From positions 1 through 64,000 of IMG/VR virus record IMGVR_UViG_3300028888_000005: a stretch of 64,000 nucleotides of DNA; one strand, 5' to 3'. The stretch is from a virus (taxonomy: Duplodnaviria > Caudoviricetes). Positions within the stretch are counted from its first letter, which is position 1; each line of letters starts with the position of its first letter. This document shows positions 20,010-30,577 of this stretch, in pieces. The notes beneath the pieces are model-generated. The model was not told where the DNA came from. It searched no databases and saw only the letters and a program-made list of their open reading frames with translations. A program made the position numbers and the translations under genes.

Positions 20010-22676
20010 TTATTGCTCTTTAATAGTAACTTTAACTACATTGCATTGGTTGGTAAAGGCTTTGACTCTACGGTTGCTTAGGTCAGGGGCACCGATAACC
20101 AGATTGTTGATAGTGGATCCAGATATATAGGTCCTTCCTGTATCAGCTATGCACTGATTGACAAACTCCCAATAAGTGGAATATTTACCAATGACATTGT
20201 TTACAATAGTATGATATTTTCTTGGTGCACTAAACCCAAACTTATTTGTGATATCGCCGTAATGCCCTTCAATGTGTGCGCCGTATACATTCTTATCAAG
20301 CGTAATACCAAAGCCACGATTGTCCTTAAAGCATACGTTATTACTATGGAACACCCTAAATCCACTGTTGCCATAGATATTCTCACAATCTGTTACAAAA
20401 AAGTCACAGTGATGGGCGCTCTCTTCGATATCAGCGAACTGTGACTGAGTGCTGAAACCACCATCAAAAGTGCGACGCTCCTGGGAGATAGAATACATGT
20501 AACAGGAGTCAACAAAACACTGAACAGCCTTCTTGTTATCAAACAAGCTGGAACGGTGGTCATGGAACACACAGTTACGGAAACCGCTGCATCTCGAGAC
20601 CTGATGCCCTATAGCAAACGGCTGACCATAATACCTATCAAGTTCAGCTTTATACTGAATAAGGTTGGTGTCAGCTACATTCTTATCATTTGAGCCGAAT
20701 GAACTAAACCCTAGATACTGTGCATTCTTTGGAACCAATACGGGCCCTACATCATAGACCTTTGCTGTTTTTATAAACTCTGCGTTACTGTCGTAGAAGT
20801 GCACAAAGCACTCACGGTTAACAAGCTTAGAGTAGAAGCCACGTGTTTGTCCGTTGCCTTTTTCAATACACATGAAATCACCGTATACGAACTCACCAGC
20901 TGAACGGAAGGAAAGCCTTTTAGCGTATCCGTAACCAACCTTCTTTGTCGTGCCTATAGGTAAGTATTCTGTCGGAATATATAACTCTTCTGTAGGCTTG
21001 GTAAGGCAAGTACTGCATCCAGGGAAAGAGTTATAGTATGCTGGTGGGTTTGCAGTCGGCACCCATTGAAAGAAGCCCCTAAATGGTCCTCCATCTGTTG
21101 TTCTTATTGTCAGACGTGGTGACTGAAGTACAGAGGAAACATCTTCGTCCCTTGAGTGCCATACAGTATCTGACACGTGCTGTTCACCATTGTAGTCAAT
21201 GTACCCAACACTGTTGTAAGGCATCGCGTGTGTAGGGTAATTCACATGGTTTTGTCTGTCATTAAATGAATCGTCGTTTTCAATACCGGCATCATATCCT
21301 AAAGCGTTAGAAATGTCGCAATTCTCATAATAACAGAACTCACATCCCCACAATGCAACAACACCAGTCCACTCAGTGTTAAGGGTAACCTTTGTCTTAT
21401 CAAAGTATTTATAGTTACCGCGAATCTTGCCGTTTTTAATGATGGTATCAAAGTTGTTGCCCATAGCCGCAACTACCGCAGACTGGATATCATCTACCTG
21501 AAGGACGCTGATAGTGCTGCCGTTCATATCCAAGGTAAACCTATCAGGAAACTGTATATATGACCCACCAGTATACCTGTACTTATCATCACCAGCATCA
21601 ACCCACTGGCGGTCTATAGTACCGTCATCTTTCAAGAGATGAAAATCTGTGACTATGTGAAGCCCATGTAGAAGCTTTAGTGTGCAGCGTCTCTTTCCAG
21701 CATAGGCTTGTGCTGCCTCCATGAGTCTGGTTAGGGCTATCTTATTCTTAACGGCAAGCACCCTAACTTCAGGAGGAACATCAGCGGGATCGTAGGACAG
21801 ATAGTCTGACATTGGAACACCATTATAGAACAACGTTAGCGTATAGGGGTTACCAGGATCGTCATTGCTTATCTTTTCTTTCTTAGTTGATGTTGCTGCA
21901 TATGGAACTCCAGTTTGTGGGTTTATATAAGAAGCCCATCCACGCACGTCAAACCTGTAGATGTAGCCACCATCCAATGGATCTGAACTTGAAGTATTAT
22001 CACTAACGCCAATAGTGATGCTCTCAACAGTACTACCCGTCATATTTACGTCCACAGTATAACCAGCTATTATAGTCTTCTTTACTGCGTATATACCTTT
22101 ACCTTCAAATTTTGTGCTGGCGTTGCGGATAGTATTGCCCTCAGCCGAATCAAGGTAAGCGCTATCGTTTGGGTTTGTTGAATCGGAATAATTAAAACTA
22201 CTGGTAAAGTGACGATCAACAGACAAATCAAGAACGCACTGCTCCTCATCCGGGTCCTGAATCATGAATTTATAATATTTTGTTGCAGAACCTACCCCCA
22301 TAGAATCAACGCACTGGATTGATATGGTGTGTACACCAACGTCACCAATACCGAACTCACCGATCTCAACAACCTGGCACCCACCAAAAGAAGTGCGTTT
22401 CCATGTACGCGGAACACTATTAATATGCTCATCTAACTTTACAATGGTAGTGTACACATGCTTAGTATCCTCAATGAACGTGGATGTGGTGTCATCACCA
22501 CACTGCTCCCTATCATGTGCATCAATAATAGTATATGGTAACGCAAGATACTTCTGAGTGTATGGTATGCGTTCATCAAACTTTCTGATGAATAACTGCG
22601 GACTAAGTACAGAGTGAAACGAAGTATCGCACTCCACACACTCCCTTATCTCGTTTGTATAGTTATTAACAATCAT
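20010..22676 (-). CDS. putative beta-helix tailspike/depolymerase
   Basis: FTLDMNGSTI, IIKNGKIRG, YENCDISNALG, FRNCVFHD beta-helix-like repeats. Confidence 0.55.
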   Translation of the reverse strand: MIVNNYTNEIRECVECDTSFHSVLSPQLFIRKFDERIPYTQKYLALPYTIIDAHDREQCGDDTTSTFIEDTKHVYTTIVKLDEHINSVPRTWKRTSFGGCQVVEIGEFGIGDVGVHTISIQCVDSMGVGSATKYYKFMIQDPDEEQCVLDLSVDRHFTSSFNYSDSTNPNDSAYLDSAEGNTIRNASTKFEGKGIYAVKKTIIAGYTVDVNMTGSTVESITIGVSDNTSSSDPLDGGYIYRFDVRGWASYINPQTGVPYAATSTKKEKISNDDPGNPYTLTLFYNGVPMSDYLSYDPADVPPEVRVLAVKNKIALTRLMEAAQAYAGKRRCTLKLLHGLHIVTDFHLLKDDGTIDRQWVDAGDDKYRYTGGSYIQFPDRFTLDMNGSTISVLQVDDIQSAVVAAMGNNFDTIIKNGKIRGNYKYFDKTKVTLNTEWTGVVALWGCEFCYYENCDISNALGYDAGIENDDSFNDRQNHVNYPTHAMPYNSVGYIDYNGEQHVSDTVWHSRDEDVSSVLQSPRLTIRTTDGGPFRGFFQWVPTANPPAYYNSFPGCSTCLTKPTEELYIPTEYLPIGTTKKVGYGYAKRLSFRSAGEFVYGDFMCIEKGNGQTRGFYSKLVNRECFVHFYDSNAEFIKTAKVYDVGPVLVPKNAQYLGFSSFGSNDKNVADTNLIQYKAELDRYYGQPFAIGHQVSRCSGFRNCVFHDHRSSLFDNKKAVQCFVDSCYMYSISQERRTFDGGFSTQSQFADIEESAHHCDFFVTDCENIYGNSGFRVFHSNNVCFKDNRGFGITLDKNVYGAHIEGHYGDITNKFGFSAPRKYHTIVNNVIGKYSTYWEFVNQCIADTGRTYISGSTINNLVIGAPDLSNRRVKAFTNQCNVVKVTIKEQ

Positions 22677-25069
22677 GATGCTACACTGCCATTTACTGTT
22701 ATTCTAACATTAGTGTTTACTGTAATACCATTAATCTCAAATTCTGTATTGCCGTTCAGTGTACCAAAATTTGTATTAATTGGCGACCCAAGTCTTGGGT
22801 TTACCCAAGAATGTGAAGATAGATAGCAACCAGATTTAGCTCTGATTTTGATGCCGCTAATTTCGGTGCCTGGAGATATAAGGAAATAATAACTGGCTAT
22901 ACCGTAAGTAGTGCCTGAGTAAATGACGTCATACCCAGCATTGTCATACACTTCACAATTCTCATTGATGTTGATAATGACAATAAAGGGCCATACAACG
23001 TACCTTGTTGTCATGTCACAATAAATTATGAATGGGTTGTTTGCGGCATGAACAGCGGCAAGACGAGCCAAAGAAATGTTTGTGTCGGTAAGACCACGTG
23101 AGATAGAGGCCCTGCTGTTATCAGGAAATGTTCTACTGGACACCCAGCTATTATCTATATTCGGAATAGTGGCACTGTCAGCAACAGATAAACCACATTC
23201 ATTGTAATATTTTTTGAACAGGGCCTCAATGATTGTAATCGAGGCAAGATAGTGTGGCAAACCACCGACAAGGTGGGAGCTATCATAAGTCATATCGTTG
23301 TATTCAACATTATTCGTAACAGTTGTGATGTCATGCAAAGCCTGATAGTTTCGACCATTGACGATACCAGTTCCATACGGGAAAACAATCTTAATATCCG
23401 AATCGCTTTGCTGTAGCTCATTAATATTAAGCAAAATATCAGTAGGCAGGTTATTGATGCCGCCATTCGGGTGATTAATACTGAAACCAAAGATATAGTC
23501 TGTATTAAGGGTTTTACCAAAAGCCCTCATTGTCTCACTAATACTAGACTTCACACTGCCAAAACCGTTATAACTGCTTCTGATGTAAGAAGAAGTTGAT
23601 GTCTGCTGTAGAACAATGATATCCCAATCTCCGTTATTGTATTGAACGCATTGTTCACCTGTCGGCAGATAATGCGTAACACCGTCCACGACTTCAGTGG
23701 ACTTACCTATAACTGCAGTCCATTTGGCTCCATCAACTGATGTATCAATGTAGGAGAATCCCCTGTTGGCATTAACGCCACATTTATAACTGGTTCCTTT
23801 GTAGGTATCCAGTCCAGCCGAAGCTATATAACACAAACCAAGCTTAATGTTAATTCCAGCCTGTTTGAGAAGATAAGGAACATAAGACCACGAATCCAGT
23901 GTATATGAATTGCCGAGCACAAGGATGCTAGGAGCATCTTCGTACTCACCAGGTTGAGGCTGATTACCCCACGAAGCGGCGGCTTCTTGCCTTAGCCGTT
24001 GGGCAAGCAGAGAGCCCATAGAAGCATTACCGGCGGCATCAGGATGTACAGAGCCATCAGCCCATGTCATGTCTTCTATATCATCATAGAAGTTAACCAC
24101 AGGAAGCGAGTATTTTCGTGCTAATGCTTCGATGATACTTTTTATGCTTAAACTTCCTGATTGCGGAGTAAAGCCAACATCAAAGTTATTACTAATAGAA
24201 ACAGTCTTTGGCGGGACGCAAAGAACAAGAATTGCGCTCTCTTTCTTCTCATCGAGTATCCTTAGGATGGCCTCTTCGTACGCGTAACTGAAGTAGTTCC
24301 GCTTGTTGGTCGGGAACTCAGATGGTCCCGAATAAGGGATATCATACACCTCTCCGCGTTTGAATGCAGTAGACACATTCTTACAGTAGGCAGCATCATT
24401 AGTTCCCAGCATTAGTGTTATTATGTCATATGAACCCCAGTTTATGTTAGTTGGACCTTTGTATCCATTGCCTACATACTGTGCATTATTGCCTGCGGTT
24501 TCAGGCACAACGGCTGTTTCGTTCCCTTCAACCATTTCATAAAGGAAACTGCGCAACTGCGGTGCATTACCCGATGTAACGCTGTAGCTTTCTGAGTAAG
24601 TCATGGTTGATCCTGATATGCCGATGTCGGTGACGTTGCTCTCAGGTATGCCGAGGATTGCAGCAGCTTTATAACAGTACTTTTTTAACCCAAACGGAGT
24701 AATGGTCGGATCAGTGATGCTATCACCGCAAGCAATATATTTCACATTTTCCCATGAAATAGGTTCCGATGGAGTGGAACCACCTTCTCTGATAGACCTG
24801 AACAAGTCATTAATTTTCCTGACAAACACAGGTGCATTATCGTTAACAGTAACATGCTCAAGTGAAGGGTTACTTTCAGCCCGAATTGAAGCATTAACAC
24901 TATCAACAACTGCCGTTGCGTTAGAAGCATAATCAGGCTTTGGTACATTAGCACCCTGCTCATTTATAGCTTCACGAATACGGTCAATCACCGTCTTTGC
25001 ATTATCGTTTATATTTATATCTGTAGGCATAATCTTGTTATCATTCGGTGAATGGGTCTTTATGTTCAA
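22673..25069 (-). CDS. protein with two SGNH/GDSL esterase-like domains (probably virion)
   Basis: CGDSIT, GISGS, LGTND, D..HP; second domain LGNSY...D..HL. Confidence 0.7.
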   Translation of the reverse strand: MNIKTHSPNDNKIMPTDININDNAKTVIDRIREAINEQGANVPKPDYASNATAVVDSVNASIRAESNPSLEHVTVNDNAPVFVRKINDLFRSIREGGSTPSEPISWENVKYIACGDSITDPTITPFGLKKYCYKAAAILGIPESNVTDIGISGSTMTYSESYSVTSGNAPQLRSFLYEMVEGNETAVVPETAGNNAQYVGNGYKGPTNINWGSYDIITLMLGTNDAAYCKNVSTAFKRGEVYDIPYSGPSEFPTNKRNYFSYAYEEAILRILDEKKESAILVLCVPPKTVSISNNFDVGFTPQSGSLSIKSIIEALARKYSLPVVNFYDDIEDMTWADGSVHPDAAGNASMGSLLAQRLRQEAAASWGNQPQPGEYEDAPSILVLGNSYTLDSWSYVPYLLKQAGINIKLGLCYIASAGLDTYKGTSYKCGVNANRGFSYIDTSVDGAKWTAVIGKSTEVVDGVTHYLPTGEQCVQYNNGDWDIIVLQQTSTSSYIRSSYNGFGSVKSSISETMRAFGKTLNTDYIFGFSINHPNGGINNLPTDILLNINELQQSDSDIKIVFPYGTGIVNGRNYQALHDITTVTNNVEYNDMTYDSSHLVGGLPHYLASITIIEALFKKYYNECGLSVADSATIPNIDNSWVSSRTFPDNSRASISRGLTDTNISLARLAAVHAANNPFIIYCDMTTRYVVWPFIVIININENCEVYDNAGYDVIYSGTTYGIASYYFLISPGTEISGIKIRAKSGCYLSSHSWVNPRLGSPINTNFGTLNGNTEFEINGITVNTNVRITVNGSVAS

Positions 25070-26828
25070 TTAAGCCAACCTCACTAATGGTCCACCATCC
25101 ATTATCAGTGGTCTTCTGATAGAAAGCCAAAGAGCTGAGCGTAATTAAATCGGAGTCTTTTGAATCATTAAAGTAAGCACGAACCTCTTTCATCTGACAA
25201 GTAATCACAGCAGATGCCCAACAGTCATATGCCTGTGCACAATTATTGGTGCCACGTGATTCTGTTGTCTGGAAGTAAGCGTTAGGATTTGCGGCATGGC
25301 AGTTCCATCCATTACGAAAAGCTGCTAGTATAAGACCATTAAATACATCACCACTGTACCTCTCGGGAACCTTAGCGCAAACTTTGGCATAAAGAACATT
25401 CAATTTAGACTGATGTACTTGTACGTTGGACATAAAGGTAGCACTACCACCAAGCTGAAGGCTAAAATTAGTGGCCGTCTTCCTGTATTTAGATGCAGCC
25501 CATGTACTCGTATCAAACCCAGAATACTCAATACCGTCTTTGTAAAATATCCTAGCGAAACCATACTTAAGCGTAACATCGACATCCTTGTGACCATTAT
25601 TGAATACAACATGAATGTCTTTTGCCGTTCCAAGCTCACTAAGCTGATTGTACTTTCTCTTGAACAAAAGATAGCGTGTAACGTAATAATCACTATAAGT
25701 GAACCGTATAGTACCGTTAGGCTGAATCTCTGTGTAAGGATTACTCCCAGTAGGATTTGTAACGAGCAGGGCCTGAAGTTCGTCCCCATTGAACACCAAC
25801 TTCACATCAGTGTATTCCGCAAAGAACGGACCTTTGACCTGAAGTGAATAATATACTGTGTCACTGGTTTCTGCATACTGAATCTTGTGAGGGATTATAA
25901 TACTGCCATACTTCTCCATTGTAGTGAGGACACGTTGCTTGTGCCCAGACTTATCACGGAAGTTATAATAAATGGCATTGCCACCTGGATTACAGTCAGC
26001 AAACCTGTCATTGGTTGCAGGCAACTCAATAAAGCTGCCGTCATCGTACAGATGATAGAACTTACCTGGATGGTATGTATAAGTTACACCATCAGACCCA
26101 GTCAGGCTACCATTCTGCAACAGAGTGTTATATAAGCCGACACCCTGTAAGCGGCTATGCGTAAAAAAATAGAGCGTGTTTACGTTGTTTGTTGATTCTC
26201 CTTCTTGTGCAATATGAATTGTTGACCCAGTTCCTGTTCCGTTAACCTCAATGTTCATATCAACATCAGGATTAGTGTTTGGATCATTAAACAGATCAAC
26301 ATAGTTTATTGTCTTGAACCAACTACTGGGAATGTATCCGGCATTCTCCAGAGCTTCCACACGTTCTATAAGTGACGTAAGGTCAGGTGGTGTACCGCTA
26401 GGTACTGTACATGAAATCGTATTTCCGAGAATGCTAATGCCAGGACCGGCGTTAAGATTAATGCTAACTTGATTGTTAGTTATCTTAATACCGGTACCAG
26501 CAGATAAAGTCTTCTGGTACCCAGATAGCAGGCCAGTAACCCATTGCTGTGTCGGAACCTCAGCTTTTTTGGCATAGTCAGCAAGTGTATTGTTAAACGA
26601 AGATAGCGAAACATAACTCTGAAGACGCACCTGAAGCGCGTTAAGAGTAACATAGTTCTCTTTGGGTACAGATTGGATAGGGCTGCCCTGAGCAACTGAT
26701 GTCCATTTTCCATTAACATACCAGTCTAATGACGGTACCCCGTTATTCATGTGCAACCACAGCCATTCTTTGCTGGGGGGCTCAAGCGGGGTGTCAAGAA
26801 TCCTTCTGTTTATTCTACGTACTGCCAT
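25041..26828 (-). CDS. putative tail fibre protein
   Basis: LSAGTGIKIT / LNAGPGISI fibre-type repeats; position. Confidence 0.55.
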   Translation of the reverse strand: MAVRRINRRILDTPLEPPSKEWLWLHMNNGVPSLDWYVNGKWTSVAQGSPIQSVPKENYVTLNALQVRLQSYVSLSSFNNTLADYAKKAEVPTQQWVTGLLSGYQKTLSAGTGIKITNNQVSINLNAGPGISILGNTISCTVPSGTPPDLTSLIERVEALENAGYIPSSWFKTINYVDLFNDPNTNPDVDMNIEVNGTGTGSTIHIAQEGESTNNVNTLYFFTHSRLQGVGLYNTLLQNGSLTGSDGVTYTYHPGKFYHLYDDGSFIELPATNDRFADCNPGGNAIYYNFRDKSGHKQRVLTTMEKYGSIIIPHKIQYAETSDTVYYSLQVKGPFFAEYTDVKLVFNGDELQALLVTNPTGSNPYTEIQPNGTIRFTYSDYYVTRYLLFKRKYNQLSELGTAKDIHVVFNNGHKDVDVTLKYGFARIFYKDGIEYSGFDTSTWAASKYRKTATNFSLQLGGSATFMSNVQVHQSKLNVLYAKVCAKVPERYSGDVFNGLILAAFRNGWNCHAANPNAYFQTTESRGTNNCAQAYDCWASAVITCQMKEVRAYFNDSKDSDLITLSSLAFYQKTTDNGWWTISEVGLIEHKDPFTE

Positions 26829-27247
26829 TATATTATCCGTTTTTTATTAATAATCAACGATAAGAGAAACCCGACAAGGAATAACCCTCCGATGGTACTT
26901 AATGATTTCTGCCACCATTTCTGCTGATAGACAATCTTGTCAACAGGAACTTCCTTGACCTGATAGATTGTATCAGTGAACACCTTAGGCACTTCTCTCA
27001 CTTTCGTTACAGTATCCACACGGGTGCGCCACTTGTACTCAACCTTCCAGCGTTCACTATAAACAGTATCATTAACCTTATGAATAAAGATACTGTCTCG
27101 GACAGTGATGCTGTCATGTAAAAACGCAGTAGTGACTAGCGTATCGTGCACCTCCACCGGCTGATAGTGAACAGTCTCAATGTATTTAGTCTTACAACTG
27201 CTTACAATAAGAGACAACACAGCGATTATAGCGATATACTTTCTCAT
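26828..27247 (-). CDS. putative unimolecular spanin
   Basis: Lipobox-like IVSSC plus C-terminal TM helix, within the lysis cassette. Confidence 0.6.
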   Translation of the reverse strand: MRKYIAIIAVLSLIVSSCKTKYIETVHYQPVEVHDTLVTTAFLHDSITVRDSIFIHKVNDTVYSERWKVEYKWRTRVDTVTKVREVPKVFTDTIYQVKEVPVDKIVYQQKWWQKSLSTIGGLFLVGFLLSLIINKKRII

Positions 27248-27726
27248 TTGATTGTTATCGTTATCTTCTCAGGACGGCTTTTTGCAGGCATGAAATACCG
27301 ATCCATAAGGCGCTTCCATGTCGCCTGAGAGTTAATTACTTTACCAACTTCCTTATTCTGACCTACAATGATGCAACCAAGGGAATCGTCAGCGGTTGTG
27401 CCAGGATGAATAAGGATGCCATCAAAGTCAGGAACATTCAACAGCCTCGGCATATATGCACCATAAGGTTGAGCAAACGGATACTTCGCATAGTTACGGT
27501 ACTTTTCTGAACGCACATTCATTGTGATAATGTAAGTGCCGTATGGTATCGCCGTTTTGCCGTACACCTTATGCTCGCCATTATCAAACTTTCCGTTGTG
27601 GTTTAAATCACGCACAGGGTCCTCAATAGTGTCGCACAGATATATAGACTCACCTGGCTTTATAAGATACAGGTGGCCTATAGTATAGTTGTCCTTTAGC
27701 GCAATGCGCCTAAGCAGTAGCTCCAT
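27244..27726 (-). CDS. putative endolysin (DUF5675-type)
   Basis: YTIGHL, CDTIED, TAIPYGTY, GILIHPG, DSLGCIIVG. Confidence 0.75.
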   Translation of the reverse strand: MELLLRRIALKDNYTIGHLYLIKPGESIYLCDTIEDPVRDLNHNGKFDNGEHKVYGKTAIPYGTYIITMNVRSEKYRNYAKYPFAQPYGAYMPRLLNVPDFDGILIHPGTTADDSLGCIIVGQNKEVGKVINSQATWKRLMDRYFMPAKSRPEKITITIK

Positions 27727-28003
27727 CTTGTTCCTCCTCCTCAGGATATTCATCTATGCTTTCTGGGTGTTGTACCATATACGCTAAGCGTTTATCCATC
27801 TCGTCGAAACGGTGCTTGGTGTATAATGTGACTCCGAATATACCACCTGCGTATAACAGACACTGTCCTAATACCCACAGAACCGAATCGTCTATGGTAC
27901 CGACTGGGGCAACGCAGAAACCCGCTGCGGTGAGTATTGCGCCAAAAATGATCATACCCAATGCTGAGTATGTGGCGATGGCGTCTTTTCTTTCCTTTGT
28001 CAT
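27710..28003 (-). CDS. putative holin
   Basis: Two TM segments, acidic C-terminus, upstream of endolysin. Confidence 0.65.
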   Translation of the reverse strand: MTKERKDAIATYSALGMIIFGAILTAAGFCVAPVGTIDDSVLWVLGQCLLYAGGIFGVTLYTKHRFDEMDKRLAYMVQHPESIDEYPEEEEQDGATA

Positions 28004-28058
28004 CTTTGTATGTTTTACAGTTCAACAATGTTAACTAACCTCCTACGCCCTAAACAAC

Positions 28059-30491
28059 TCAACTCTTGCCGCCGCTAGACTTCCTTGCGGTGATGGACTG
28101 CTTTTGCAGTTCTTCCTTGCGGCGGTTGCTGCGTTCCTGTTCTCGTTGTTTATCTCGGTCAAGGGCTAGGCGCTTGTCAAACTGCCTGATGCTCTCTTGT
28201 AGTTTGAGCCTCTCATCCTCTGTCTGAGGCACTTCGACTCCATCATTGCGTGCATCTGTCTGGTACTTGATAGCTGCGGCCTGAATATAACCTTCAGCCT
28301 CAAGCTGCGATGCGAGAACCTTAGAGTCGTTATCTCTCTGGTTCATCTTATCCTTCAGCTCACGTTCAGCCTGTGCCTCCTGCGCCTGAGCTTCCATTGC
28401 CTGCTGTTGCATCTGCATAGCCTGCTGCTGTTGCTGTTCTGCGGCTTGCTGTTGCTTCTTCTCGGCAGCTTCAACCATTCTGCGCTTCTGAGATAAGGAT
28501 GCAGTGCTGTACAGCTTCATCATCGTAGAGAACGTGATAAGCTGATTCTGTAGGGCTGCCTGTGCCAAAGTGTCGAGGTTCTGGTTAAGCTGCTGAGTGC
28601 CAGTGCTGTTGTCCACTACGAGACCGTAGTCATTCTCAGAGAACTGGTCACCATCTATCTCCTCAATGATAGAACTGCCATCATCAAGCAGGAAGCGGAA
28701 CTTCTTCTTGCGACCACGCAGAGCAATCTTAGCTGTCTCTATAAAAGCTTCAAGTACTCTACGTTTAGTATTATCGTGCTCAGCAAAGAACCACTCGGTG
28801 ATATGGGTGCTCTGCAACGTACTGCGTTCAACACCGCCTACAGTCTCACGGGAAGCGATCTGTCCTACACGCTGCTTAGTAATACCAGTGACATCACCAA
28901 TTTCCTGCTTAATGTATTCCAAAATGTTCATGTGCTGCTGGATAACATCACCAGTTTCCGCATCGAGTACAGAGTAGTTATTGTTCATGCTGGCTGGCAT
29001 CTTACCAGTAGCAGGACCCTCTTGGATGACGTTAGCACTGTCGTACACAGCGAGGTTATTAGCCCTGGCATAGTACAGCCACTTGTCAATCTTCCAGCCA
29101 GATGGGATCTTTGCAAGATCAAGAGGAACAATCTTACCCCAGTTACGGGCAATCAGCTTGTTCAGCCTGTCATGGATGACATCATAGAGGTATGAGAAAG
29201 GTTTAATGCGATCAACAAGAGAGAAGGGCCTGCAATCATTATCCATATAGACAGTACCGATAATACCGAAATGGCAACGGCTTGGATTGCTCATCCTATT
29301 ATACTGAACAGGACAGGGCCCCATATTAACATAGATACTTTCGCCGATCTTGACACCTTCCCATGCCTGATTGATCCAGAAGATCTCTTCAGTCTCACCG
29401 GCGGCAGGGTCAATCCTATACTGCTCAGTATAGAAGTTGAACTCCTCCCTGCCGTTCTCATCATAGGATTTAACCTTCTTAATCTTACGTCTAGACCTCC
29501 AGTACATGTGGATAACACGCACATTACCAGCCAAATCGTAAGGCAAAAGATTGTCATAGCCTTCAAGAGTACCGAAGATATCGGAGAAGAACATACCATT
29601 GCCGTCAGCCTGGTCGCTAATCATGAAGTTCGGAAGGAAAGCACGCCGTTCGTCAATCTGGTCCATAGAGTTAACGGAACCCTTACCGACACTCCTAGGA
29701 AGCTCCTCGATGTACTTTATATCTTTAGCAGTGAGCTGGTCATAGTAAGTATCAATGACTCTGCCAGGCGACCAGTAATCCTCAAGAATGATAATATCGG
29801 CATCCTCAAGCCTCTGACTATAGCCAGACATAAAGGCACGTACCTTCATCGGATTAAGCTTCCTTAGCACAGGCTCGCCGCCTTCAATGGCGCATTGATA
29901 GATTTCCTCGCCGACAATGAGCCCGTCCATGAAGCCTTTATTGAAGATAGTGCCAAATGACTGCTCACGCCAGTAATGAGTGAGCAACCTGTTTGCACGG
30001 AGCTCACGCTGATCCTTGTACTCAAACTGGAAATAATCACTGAGCTTATCCATGTTGGCCTGATACATCTGGTCATCCTGCGACTGGTTCTCTACCTGGG
30101 CCTGAAGAGCTTGGAAGATAGCATCACGCTTAGACCTCTCGACCTCAGACACTGCATCAGGATTAGTAACAACAACCTGATAATCAAAGACACGAGCAAG
30201 TTCCTCACCACGCAGAACCTCGAGGCTGGCGTTGATGATAGGATAGTGCTGTATCTTGTCAGGAATATATTCGCTCTTGACATGGTCAGGATTCATCATG
30301 TACTCCAAGTCTTCCATGTACAAGATGCCGTTGACCAAATCGTAGTTGATCTTTTTCTTCTGTACGCTCTTCCTAACTGGACTGAAATTGAACAGAGACC
30401 TGTCATCAGCCCAATCTAGATGCTGCTTCCTCCACTTCTTATTCTTGCTGCGGAAGGAAAGCTGCTGGCGCGGTATGTCTACATTAAACAC
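28059..30491 (-). CDS. portal protein
   Basis: 810 aa, IPRQQL start, KIQHYPII, RETVGGVERS, Q-rich C-terminus; TACTTTTG box at 30512-30519. Confidence 0.9.
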   Translation of the reverse strand: MFNVDIPRQQLSFRSKNKKWRKQHLDWADDRSLFNFSPVRKSVQKKKINYDLVNGILYMEDLEYMMNPDHVKSEYIPDKIQHYPIINASLEVLRGEELARVFDYQVVVTNPDAVSEVERSKRDAIFQALQAQVENQSQDDQMYQANMDKLSDYFQFEYKDQRELRANRLLTHYWREQSFGTIFNKGFMDGLIVGEEIYQCAIEGGEPVLRKLNPMKVRAFMSGYSQRLEDADIIILEDYWSPGRVIDTYYDQLTAKDIKYIEELPRSVGKGSVNSMDQIDERRAFLPNFMISDQADGNGMFFSDIFGTLEGYDNLLPYDLAGNVRVIHMYWRSRRKIKKVKSYDENGREEFNFYTEQYRIDPAAGETEEIFWINQAWEGVKIGESIYVNMGPCPVQYNRMSNPSRCHFGIIGTVYMDNDCRPFSLVDRIKPFSYLYDVIHDRLNKLIARNWGKIVPLDLAKIPSGWKIDKWLYYARANNLAVYDSANVIQEGPATGKMPASMNNNYSVLDAETGDVIQQHMNILEYIKQEIGDVTGITKQRVGQIASRETVGGVERSTLQSTHITEWFFAEHDNTKRRVLEAFIETAKIALRGRKKKFRFLLDDGSSIIEEIDGDQFSENDYGLVVDNSTGTQQLNQNLDTLAQAALQNQLITFSTMMKLYSTASLSQKRRMVEAAEKKQQQAAEQQQQQAMQMQQQAMEAQAQEAQAERELKDKMNQRDNDSKVLASQLEAEGYIQAAAIKYQTDARNDGVEVPQTEDERLKLQESIRQFDKRLALDRDKQREQERSNRRKEELQKQSITARKSSGGKS

Positions 30492-30577
30492 CTTTTGTGA
30501 TTTTTATACCACAAAAGTACTGCCATGAAAATACGTATTACAAAGGCTTAGTTATCCACTAATGATAACTTAGCGAA

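Noticed and set aside
12701-26828. DGR or shufflon acting on fibre genes
   Set aside because: No reverse transcriptase, TR/VR pair or inverted cassettes seen. The shared TAACTAACAACTAAA at ~16382 and ~19462 looks like a leader motif.
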